DNA from: Trichoplax adhaerens
Taxonomy: Eukaryota > Animalia > Placozoa
Direction of reading: 5' to 3'
Assembly (NCBI RefSeq): GCF_000150275.1
Contig: NW_002060957.1
Coordinates: forward strand, 1,414,445-1,478,444
DNA length: 64,000 nt
Shown here: in pieces, positions 1-11,811 of the stretch
How the letters are laid out: each line of letters begins with the position of its first letter
Position numbering within the stretch: the stretch's first letter is position 1
Made by a program: the position numbers and the translations under genes
Notes under the pieces: generated by a model
What the model saw: the letters and a program-made list of their open reading frames with translations, nothing else
What the model was told of the DNA's origin: nothing
Database searches by the model: none

Positions 1-1840
1 CGATGATTTGGCTCTGATTAGTGCTGTACAGCAGGTTAACCTTAAAAAATGTCCAGTCTTCTAGAAAATGCCTACAAGTCGTTTAAGTGCATCCTACTGT
101 TGCATAGAAATAAATAGTTTTAACTTTGATCTTCCTATTTTATCTAGACCAATGATTTAGCAGCGGTACATTTAGCTGTCAAATTTTCTTGTCGATTTAC
201 ATTAAGAGACATCGAGGAGCGATGGTATTCGCTATTATATGATCCAGTCATTTCAAAGTACGCCTAATGTTGAACACAATCGTCTATTTGTAATCTTACC
301 TTGACAAATGGTCATTAATGGACATATGTACCATATCCAGTTTTTCTTACAGTCCAAATTTTTTGAACAGGTTGGCTATTTCCGCTATTAAACCTTTACA
401 TCCAGATACTATTGCTGCTGCTCAAAATAATGCCTTATGGAGCAAAGAAGAACAACAACTACTGGGTGGCATAACATCGGTATATTAACTAGCTTTTCAC
501 GCGTTGTGTCTTGGTCGCATAATGGATGCTTATGTAGCCACTCGTACTAACACCATGTTTGTATTATGTAGGTTAATTCACCATCATTAGATGTCTTTAA
601 GCAAATGTTAATGGACAATGCAGATACATTTCATACTAGCCGAACACCCAAAACTTTATATAATCATTGGTTGTTGATGAGGCAGTATCGCCTTTTGCCT
701 GATCAGTTAGGTGAATAAGCTCTTATTTACTCCTATGAAATAGTCAAAGTTAGAACGAGACTTATAAGTACTTAATGAGAAGGAGGGACAAGCAACTGAT
801 ACTGTAATATGTTTCTTTCATAGTTGAACTCTCTGGTAAACGCGAAACAATATCATTTTCTGATGTGGAAAGGGAACTTGATGATGAGGAGCTGACGTAA
901 GTAGAAGGTCCATTTTTATTTGGCCGCTAAACTAATTCAATGTGCATGATATTAATTTATCTCATTGTTACTCAACAGTGAAAATCGTGATGAAATTTTA
1001 GATAACGGTTTGTTTTGGATTATTTCTAATGTCTCTTGATAGTCCTGCTTCATGATAGGACATTTTAATTAAACATGTACTATTTTTACTAATGTATAGA
1101 AATAGCCATAGCCCATCGAAAAAGCAAATTACAAATTAAAAAATTAGAAACGGAATTGCCAAAATGGCAAGAAATACTAGACAAGATCTATGACGATGGT
1201 AAACGACTACTTCTTTAATGCGTATTACATTTAATTGCTAAGTGTCTTTAGTAATAGTCTTAACGTAATGCCTCCTAGATACGCCAACATTCGATTTCGA
1301 TAGCGATACACTAGCTGTTTTACGAGGACGTTTGGTTCGCTATTTTATTCGAAAGAAAGAGGTAATTTCTATTAGCATATTTACGCAATGAAATAATAAC
1401 TCAACTTTCTAACATGTGCTATATCAATAAATAGGTGACATTTGGACGTGCTGCTACCGATGGCGATATTGACATAGATTTATCCATTGAAGGACCTGCT
1501 TGGAAAGTATCTAGGCTACACGGCTACATAAAATTAAAGCCAGATGGCACTTTCCATGTCAAAAATGAAGGCAGAAGGCCGGTCTATATTGATGGCAAGC
1601 CTGTAACAACTGGTTCACGTTCAACGCTTCCAAACAATTGTACATTCGAGGTAAATATTGTTCAAACCAAACAATATTGCTGTATAAAAAATTTATTTAT
1701 CGATTCGCCGGAAATCATAGGTACCGTGATTAACTCGATAATTAATGTATCATTACTGTTATTAGGTATGCGGCTTGAAATTTATTTTCTTAATCAGTAA
1801 AACGACTGTAGCGAAGGCATGTAATGACCCTGGGCAGTAG
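1..1840 (+). CDS. MCRS1: Microspherule protein 1 (FHA-domain protein), 5'-truncated, about 10 exons in the window
   Basis: Spliced exons give DDLALISAVQQ / TNDLAAVHLAVKFSCRFTLRDIEERWYSLLYDP / ALWSKEE / LYNHWLLMRQYRLLPDQ / TLAVLRGRLVRYFIRKKE / FHA exon 1435-1650 VTFGRAATDGDIDIDLSIEGPAWKVSRLHG...NEGRRPVYIDGKP. The last exon 1766-1840 is VCGLKFIFLI...GQ*. All are hallmark MCRS1 motifs with GT-AG introns. Confidence 0.95.
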
Positions 1841-4629
1841 TCGTTACTACCCAATAGCAGCTTCTTGTGGAGGCATTTGTGTCGCAAAGTCAGTGGTGTA
1901 TTTGCGGTGAATTACAAGCAGTTATTAGTCCCTTGTCAGAAAGTTAAAAAGTCCCTTCATAAAATCTAATCGATTCAATCTGGTCCTAGTGTTCTATTTG
2001 GAAGAAACTTTTAGTTAATATTAGCTTTCTTTTCAATGATTCGTTCGACGATTGTTATGTATAGTGGATAGTTCCGTAGTGGAATTGCATTCACGCCGAA
2101 ACACTTTAATCGAAGCTCTTTTCCTGTTCCAATGATGAGGAATAAGTGGTTCCCTGATTGAGAATGTGAGATATTATTTATTTGTTCGACAAATAGAGTA
2201 TTTATGCATTTAAGTTTAGCTGATTCCAAGTTATAAATATTCAAATGACGAAATTGTAAATATTATGAAATCTTTGCCAATGTATATTTGAATTGTATTA
2301 GCCGTATAACTTTATACCTGAATTCCTTCTTACCTGACTTACGTATTGTCATTAACTCAAAGGGTTCAAAAAGAAAAGTTTATATAAAGATGATCGTCTT
2401 TCAATGTTCCGTCTCAATGCTTATCACTGTTACGGTACTTTCTGTATTTTACTGGAGAAAGATAGTCACTATTGTATTATTCCAAATTTTCTTAAATTCT
2501 ATAATGCTCATTACTGCTTTTGTACGGTATACATTTTAGCTGTAATGTGCGATAGATGCAATCTAAAATAAGCACAATCAAGCTCCAATAATTATAATTA
2601 ATCTGTATATACTTATGATAATAAAACTGAAGCTCATTTTCGAATGCTAAACCATTAAATCGGCCTAACTTGAAGAGATAATTAGGCCTCTTGTCCTCGA
2701 AATATTTAAAGGATTATTCTCTAGTTATATGTTGGCGTTCTCCAATTAAACAGCTATTGATACAAATGAAGTCATGTCATTGAAGAATAAATAAATCGTT
2801 TTCCTCATAAAAAGAACGAGTACAGTATCAGGGCTAAAACTGTGTAGATACTATAGCGAATTTAGACTCTCCTAGTACAGCCGTTTTAATCATTAGGTTG
2901 CTTTATTCGCATAAATAAGTTTGATGATATTAATCAGAAGTCTCAATAAATACATTGAAGTATTTCTAGTTCGATGAGGGACGAATATAGTACGAAACCG
3001 TAGAGAATGATTCAGATTAAATCGATCTTTCTTATTCACTCTGACAAAAATCCCATCCACAAGTATAGCTTAAAGCTAAATAATATTATTAACCGATTTT
3101 ATACCATGTAACGATAAATTTACGTTTACTGACAGTATTATTGAAACTACATCTAGGCTATATCTAGATAAGCTAAAATTAAATTTGTTCATCTTTCATT
3201 TAAAGAGGCCTGTATACGGTACTTGTTACTAATAATAGATTAGAAGTTATATATAGTCGTAGATATACAAATAAATATTTGATAGAGTCGCATTGTAGAG
3301 ATAAGAATACAATTTAACGTGCAAGAAAGTGCATGTTAGTTATTTATTAAAATTAACTAAAAATAGTAGCAAAAATGAAATCATTTCGCATTCAATAGTT
3401 ACAATGAAATATTGGTAGCAACCTAAGCAGCAAGCCTATATGATGATCCGATCGTAAATAGATAATTAAAATAGATTTAGCAGTCTTACTCTAAAATCAT
3501 CATCAAGAACACTTCAGTTCAAGTTTCATGAGAAGTTGTGCAAAATTATGCACTATTAGTGTATGCTGTATCAGATTGACTTACTACCTTATACGATATT
3601 GTTTAAGTTAGGATATGTTGTTCATTTTCGCTTTAAAATTACTTTCTAAGTCAAATATTGATCACCTTATCCTATTTGTAATACAAAAATTAAGAGTATG
3701 ATCTGATTAATTACAATGCTAAGAGATATGTTTCTTCAGATCAAATCAATTCAAGTAGTTTAATTCTTTACTTTAAACGTGTAATAAGGCAGTCTACATC
3801 GATTATAGTCTCTTCATTTTGTGCAAGCAATAGATTGAAGATATGTTTTATATCGTTGCGACACAATAGTAATTATACAATTAAAACTAGTATAAATTGT
3901 ACAATAAATTTTAGTTAATTTATTGATGAATCAAAATTTATTTTATAACCTAAGACAAATGTACGCTAAGTCTAATTTATTTCTGATATAGTAGATAAAC
4001 ATTTTATTTTAAATTTTAATATTGATAAAGGATCATATAATTGATCACTTCTTCATTAAATTTTTAATGCATTTTTACTATTAATTACCTTTTTGCTTAT
4101 TTAAGATCGCGTAAACAATCTACCGAAAATAAAATGATCTCTTTTGATTTGCATCAATTGGTTAATTAGATTACCATTCTTGACATCCGAACAAATTTTT
4201 CGTCACAGTTGTAGCAACTTTATTCTGCTAACAAACTCTAAATTGTAACAAATTACATAACTAAATTTGAAAATTAAATCACTGTTTAATGCTAATGAGA
4301 GACAAAGTTTTTCCTGTCATATGTGGCATCTGGTACGGATCAGCAAAATTTTTTACATAGTAAACAAGTAAAGCCTATTGTCAATGAGATGTTATAGTAA
4401 TATCAATGCCGAGGCTTATTTTAATAAAGGCCCAAGGTCTTTTCCAACTCCGTTTTATTTTAATCTCTAGCATAGATATCAGAATAATCATCGTTCTGAT
4501 AATTAGTTAAAATAAAATAATCAAGAGAGAACACTGTCAATTTATATATTTTACCTGTTTTTTTTTTTGTATTTATTTAAATCACATACCATCAATATCG
4601 AAGCAATTATTATTTTGATAAATTAACAA

Positions 4630-4985
4630 CGTAATCAGTTTATAGATTGGCTATCGTATTCAACTTTTATTAAATATCGAAATATTCCTTGACATAAGCA
4701 ATAAAGCGAACCTGCAATCATTCATCCAAGCTACTGACCGATTTACTGCTACTAGATGGCATATTTTTAGATCAATGATTTTCTATTTTAAACTATCTTT
4801 TTATATCTAGCGTATAGGTAATTCTGTAGTAATGTTTACAGGTTAGACATAATATTCACTATTTATTTAAATAAATATCGAAGTTGTCCCCAAAAAAGCG
4901 GCAAAATGAATCTGCAGACATTCATTCAAGCTATTGACAGATTTACTAGATGGCATATTTCCGGATCCTTGATTTTCAATATTTT
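4630..4985. repeat. Degenerate tandem duplication, about 200 bp x2
   Basis: TAAATATCGAA...CATTCAT(C/T)CAAGCTA(C/T)TGAC...CTAGATGGCATATTT occurs at about 4671 and 4872. Confidence 0.75.
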
Positions 4986-5624
4986 CACATTTAGCTCGAT
5001 GAATCAAACATTCTACTTCGTAAGTAAGCAAGTTTGTGAAGTGTCATGATATTTTTAAGCTGGGTCACGCGAAGAAAAATTTATTGTCTTACAAAGTTGA
5101 ATAATAGTCAATTTCATACCATTTGAAGACATTTCAATTTGGAGTACTCTAATCTTGAGCTATACTCATTTAATCTACATATCAGCGTAATGATAATAAA
5201 GTCATAACATCTAGTTTGTTAATTAATTCATTTATGCGACATAAATATGCTCTGTGCATAGTTAAGTACTTAATAAGCTGTTTTAATATTTTAGCCCTTA
5301 TAGTTGTTAGATTGATGTTGATAATCTAACGCCTCATTAATTAATATACTCTAGGAGGTATTCTTGAGCGATTACTGGTAAGACTGCTAAATAATTTATT
5401 CATTTGTTAATTAAGGATAATCTCCGTATCAGGAAATCATTCATGGTATAGTTTAGTGATGAAGTAGTTGAATAGTATTAAATTTAACTGTAGTTATGGT
5501 TCTAGCCAACTAAAGTAAAATTGCACCCGTTAGTCAGAAAGTTATCCATAGGAAAAAGGTAAAGTAACGCCAACACAAGTAATGCAAAAACAAGCATTAG
5601 AAGGATACTTCTATTAATAGCCAG

Positions 5625-7560
5625 TTAAAAGTGGATTTGATAGGTCAATGAAGGAAAAAGTACAATCTTTTCCCATTATTTTCTTGCATCACAATCTCAG
5701 TTGTAATAACTACAAATTTCAAAGAATTTGCAAATATAATAGAATAATCAAAATGCAGAATATTTTCTTGAACCCTAGAGGTTCCATACTTAGTAGCTTT
5801 TGCTACACTCCTTAATATAAGGATAACGTTGTTAAAAAATGATTGCATCTTTACTAAGGAATGTCTTCAGTATGCGTAGGGTAGCAAATTACTCGCATTA
5901 CACTGATTTATAATATAGAATTACGAATGCAAAGTGTTATTGGAGAAAGATATGTGAACGTAATAGTTAGGTAGGAATTATTATCGGTACGATTATAGTT
6001 TTTGCTGTGGAAATAATAATCTGGGACTCTCGAAGTCTATCGGTTGTATATCTGGTTGCTACAATAATTTTGTCACATTTACAAAATTGTATCATAAATT
6101 TTTATCACAGGTGGAGAATGTTATTATTTAGCAAACTCTAGTACCTGTGAGTCAGAAAACAATGTAAAGGAGAACAGTTCTATCTAAAGCATGTAAGAAA
6201 ATTATTCATATGGCAAATTTTTGTTTCAGAAACAACATAGCATTGCTTAAAAGCCAGAACTTGTGGCATTTAAAATCTCAGAAATTTACTTGAGCTAATT
6301 TATAGATTAATACGAAGATTTATGTAATATTTTTGTGAAGCAGCTGGTTTACTGTTGAGAGACCTGCAAATGAATCATGACTACTAAGTAATATTAATCC
6401 TAATTTAAGTATAAAAGAGTAGCTGGTTAAAGATGCGCGCCAAAAAGAGTATTTGTAAGTAGTTTGGAATGATTGTAATTGGTAATAGACAGGTCTTTGC
6501 TGCAAAAATTGATAAAGTAGAAATATTCAGACATATAAAGGCTACCAACTCGATTTATCTTTCATAATTAAAATAATTTCTGCTGTATGTATGGTATTTT
6601 TTAATAACATGACAGTACAGGCACGAAATATCATTATTCAGCAAAATATTACTTATTTCGAATAAGCTATCGTGACAATTTAAAGACGAATAATTAATTT
6701 ACGTCAGAAAATTGAACAATGTAGTTGTTTCTGCTGCAGAAATAAGAATGAACGGCTTAGATGCTTGAAACGAGAACAAGTATGATCTTAGCAATTTTCT
6801 AGAACTAACCTACAATGCAGCTTTCAGGAAATAGAACAATTCTTACAAAAGGATATGTAACGATACTGCCAGTGCGAAAGTATTTTCAACATTACATAAA
6901 GTGCTAGAGAGTTCTCAGATACGAAAGAGCAATCTCTCTTAAGAAAGTTTAAACTAATATCGGTTAGAAATTACTTCTTGTGATGGAAAGGGAAAATTGA
7001 AAGTCTTTACGTGCTCAGATTTAGTATATCATTTTGGATTTCCACAATTAGTTCTATATTATGTAATATTTACTAGAAAAGACTTTGAAGCCCATAATAG
7101 GTAGAGAACATTATTGTTCAGCAACGTTTTCGGATATTAAATGAGGTAACAATTTACTGTATGAAAAAATTATTTTATCTCAGGAAATCTGAGATACACT
7201 GATTAGGCAATAGTTTGGTAGGAAATTAGATAAAGCTGCTTGAAAGTCTAATACAAAGATAACTAGAAAGAGATGTTAGGAAAACGCTATAAATAACTTT
7301 TAAAAGTACTTACAATTAATATACAGCAGTTGCGTGTATACAGACAAATAGAAAATTATTGGAAAGTATGCAAATAGATTGTAATTACTAAGGATAGTCA
7401 CCGATTTTAAAAACGATAAAATAACAATGTATGAGAACAATGTATGACAGAACAATTCAGCTGTAACTAATCATGAAATTCTCATCTTTCATCTGCACAA
7501 TGAAATATATTATCAGCTGGATTTACAATATCATTTTATAAACACTATAGCAGGATGGAA
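5625..7560 (+). pseudogene. Possible heavily decayed P-loop (dynamin-like) GTPase pseudogene
   Basis: LKVDLIG/(frameshift)NEGKSTI at 5625-5667, EIIIWDSRSL at 6010-6039 (two substitutions from DSPGL) and VFAAKID at 6493. Purine-rich coding-like sequence with many stops. Confidence 0.25.
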
Positions 7561-9719
7561 CATGAGTAATTAGGAAAGTCTTTAGTTTTTTGAATGAAGT
7601 AAGCTTCTAAAGCGAAAACGATTCTTTTCCAAGAGCTTTGAATAATTCTTAATCAAAGAATAGTTTTCCGAATAAAATATGACAATAGAACTGCTCAAGA
7701 CTATTTTATTTCCACGATGACCATTGCTTATTTATACTTGCGTAACTTTGACCATTAATGGAGTTCTTATGATAATTTTTAATATTTTTAAGCAAAACTG
7801 TTTAGTAGCCCATTCTTTTTTACCTGCTATCGACTAGCAATATCAATTATTTATTTAACCAAAATATACTAAAGTCCTAACATTCATACATCATTTATTT
7901 AATTTAACACAGATTAATTTTACCTATTAAAACCGTAAGAAATAATTAAGATTCTCATTAAAAGATACAAATAATTACGATAACGTATTGAAAACTTTTC
8001 TTCTCATTTTCTGATGTGGCGGCATAATAATTAATACCTTTAGTTTCAATATCACGCAATATTATCAATCCTTTACTAATTTACATTGTTCCTCTTAAAA
8101 GGGCCTCAATAGGCTAGTTCTGCGAAGAATAATATGTTATAACAAAATGTTCTGCAAGGCTTTGTTAGATAGTTGAAAGTAAAAGTAGCTAATATAATAC
8201 TTATGACATAAAGAAGAGGTTAATAAACCAAATATAATAAATTATCAAGCTGAATCATCTCTAAAAGCATTGTATCATCGCATCAAGTTTACGCCCAATA
8301 TAGTACAATTTAATTTGGTGAATGTTATGCATCATAGGGCAATAATGTACTCGAATGGCACTTATATTACATTTCAATGTTCTTGTTCAGAATTTGAATG
8401 CTAGTTTTTCCTTGAATACGCATAAAATTTAGATTTAAAATAGCAATTATCATCTATACATGAATCGTTACTTGATCGAGATTGAATTACTATTGTATGT
8501 ATACCTGTTAATAAGCCTTCATTCAGTCCATATTATGCTTGCTGTTTTCTAACTCAATCCGGTCAAGTGATCTAACAGTGTTTAAAACTCTTGCCTCTAC
8601 ATTGAAAGACATTATCTAATTTAAAGGTCATATACTTTACGTGAAAACTTCGGGAATGAGTATCCCATGCGTCATTTTATACTTGTTTCAATTTAAGAAG
8701 GTACAATCTACAGCGGAGATATGATCATGATCTCAGAGGGTCTCTTAAATTTTTACGAACACTTTATCTCCTACTATTAGCAGACATGTTGTTAACGCAA
8801 CGGTATCACGGTACGAAACACTGTGAAGAATAAACGACTAAATTTGGTGGTTAACATTTATATATGGGGGTAACTAATAATGACTTACAGTAGGAACTCC
8901 GGTAGTTATTTTGTTACAGTATATTATGCAGTGCTGCAGTAGGAGTTCTCATAAGGTAGCTAATATTAATTGATTGAAGTGTTATGTCTTGTAACGCTTG
9001 TGATAAATATCCTGAATGTTGTATATATATATATAGTTAGTAATAGATTAAATACGATATCTTAACTATAAAGGCATAAATAAAGGAAACACTATATATG
9101 TACCTATATGATGATTGTATGGTAGTACTAGTAATACAGCAGGTGATAACATTGTAAAAGGCGGACTGGTAAGTTACTAATTGTAGTGCGAAGTATAAAC
9201 TGTAATCGTATCGAGGTGTAACCTCGTGTAGCTATAAATACCGATCAACTAATAATAAAATGCAGTTATCAATCTTATTCACGGAGTAAACTTATTATTG
9301 AAGAACATAACACTGAAGATAATCAATTATAGATGATACTGTGAATAGTTCTGTGTATGAACATACTGTAGTCTAATTATCTAGAATCGTTCAGTATATA
9401 TCTAAGATTATGAATAATTTTTGTATTAATTTAGCTATCCAACATGAACTAAATTTCATGACCTGTTATAACTCATAACATGATGGTAGCTACCAAAGGG
9501 TATTTAAGCTCGGCAGATAGCTAAATAAAAGGAGAGTTCTATAGTTGTTTAACGCAGAAAAAGCAAAGGCGTCCAAATTCACGAGAGGCAGTTAAGGGAT
9601 ACTGAATCCCGAAGTCCATAATAATTTAAAGATTTGTTTTATGCTATCTTAGTCACGATTGTGCTGTATGACAATGGAAATCCACTTAGGGCAGAAATAA
9701 TCGCGACACAAATATAGGA

Positions 9720-10860
9720 ATATCCATCTTTCAAGCAGTTTACTAGATAAAAAGTTAAATGTATGACACCGTTCCAAATTGGGTATAATATGCTAGCGAA
9801 TTTATTTCCTTTCCAATATCATAAAGGGTGAAAAAATGCTGCAAATTATCGCCCATTTATTTTATATTTGCTATTTTTTTTCAGTCTTATACTATGATAT
9901 TATAAGAATATTTTGCTATCAAGCAGCTGCTTGATAATGCTGGAATATCATTCCAATCAATTGTAATAATGATAAATAGTAGCATATGATTGCAATAGCG
10001 GTACATAATTGTAGTATAATACTCGTAAATAGCTCGTCTTCCATACCACTCAATTTCATCTAACGTAGCGATGACAATTCCGGAAACGGCCCCGAATCTT
10101 ATTCCACAATTTTAGCCTCTCTTCGGAAATAGGATAGAATTGGGTCCATCAAGCCAGTCTAGAAGGTAAGAGTTGAAGTATCCAGCTGTTTCAAATCTAG
10201 TTTGGTAGGTAATCTGTTTCTTTTGTAACATCATAAAGGGTGAAAAAATGCTGCAAAGTGTCACTGTCATTCTAACTTGTTAAATTTTTCAGTCTTATAC
10301 AACGACATTGTAAAGATATTTGCGATCAAGCAGCTCAACAGAATTGGAATATCATTAGAGTCACTTGCAATAATGATGATGATGATAAATAACGGTTGTT
10401 ATGATTGCAGTAGCGCTACATTATTATATTGTAATAAATGATTTATCCTCAAAGTGTTTGAAAATCTTATATGGTAGTGATGACAACTCCGGAAATGGGA
10501 CTAAATCTTATTCAACAATTTTACCCTCTCTTCAGAAATAAGAAAGAATCAACCCTATCTTTCAAACCAGACCACTAGATAAGATTGTCTAGGAGTGACA
10601 CCATTTCGAATCTAGTACAACAATTTATTTATTTTTTTTCGAACATTGTAAAGGGTGAAAAATGTTGCAAAGTGCCGTCATCTATTCTAATCCGTTAATC
10701 TTTATCAGTCTCGTGCAATGATAGTTTAAAGGCATTTTATTATCATTCAGCTCGATTGAGCTGAATTATCATTAGAATCAATTGATGTGATGATGACGAT
10801 CAATAACGGTTTTATGATTGCTATAATGGTGCATAATAAATTAACTTTTGGACTATTTTT
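9720..10860. repeat. Degenerate tandem triplication, about 410 bp unit
   Basis: The anchor TAAAGGGTGAAAAA(A)TG(C/T)TGCAAA lies at about 9821, 10233 and 10648, followed by homologous TCAGTCT...CAGCT...ATGATTGC blocks. Confidence 0.85.
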
Positions 10861-10995
10861 CAGAAAGATTTATAATAATGTTATTGTTATCAGGGGTAAT
10901 TAAATTGTCATCCAATCAGCAAATGTAATCATTGACGCTTTAGATAATAGCTAGTAACGTTATTTATTGTATTTATTAAACGGTTGTCCAGATGT

Positions 10996-11811
10996 CTACA
11001 TGAAGGGGGTTGAATTTAAATAATCTTTACCTAGTCGTTTGTTGAAAATCCAATACAGTAGAAACGGAGATTGCTTGTAATCCAAGTAGTCGTTGATAGA
11101 AGAGTACAGGTAGGAGTGGTAATTACTCTCCTTTTGAAATACTCCTTTTACAATTGATTTCAAATTGGAATCATTTTCGTGATCAGCAACAAGACGATTA
11201 TAAGCTGAAATTAGTTCCTGATCAAGGAAACAACTATTCAATTATCCAGTGTGTCATTTAAAAAATCAATTGCAGCCATCTTCAAATTACATCTCAATCA
11301 AGTCATGGCAAGGTAAAGGATCTTTATAAATCATTTTTTGACAGGATTATCAGGCAGGTGATCCGAAAATAATTAAATTACTTAATATTATTTGTTCAAA
11401 AAAACATCGCTAGATAACACTTAGCAACATTTTAATGACTGCTTTCGCATAATCTAATTTAATTTTAGGCTATTAACATACTCTATTTTTATTTTTATCC
11501 ATCATCATTTCTTTTAAGCACTGAGAGAGAACAGCAATGTTTTGATGACTATCATCGCTTAGCTTGATTAAATTATAGGCTCTTAACACAGACAATTTCT
11601 ATTCTCATCCATCATAATATACCCTTCTAAACGAGATAGAGAAATTATCATTTTCAGCTTCAATACTTTCTTATTTCCGAGCAATGTTATTGACTAACTC
11701 GATTCGTTCCTCATCAGCCTCTTTCATCAAGATTAATCATTCACTCCATAATTTGCTTTCCTCATTGCCAGCAATATTAAGCATGTTAGCATAATGGACG
11801 ATAAAAGACAT
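10996..11811 (-). pseudogene. Possible decayed protein-coding sequence, family unknown
   Basis: The minus strand reads MSFIVHYANMLNIAGNEESKLWSE*LILMKEADEERIELVNNIARK*ESIEAEND..., plus the 81-aa open segment 10996-11241. Protein-like composition interrupted by stops. Confidence 0.3.

Noticed and set aside
2011-2539. Short ORFs of 77 and 83 aa, and similar 60-110 aa intergenic or antisense ORFs across the window
   Set aside because: No recognisable motifs, AT-driven composition, many with TTG/GTG starts or antisense to real exons.
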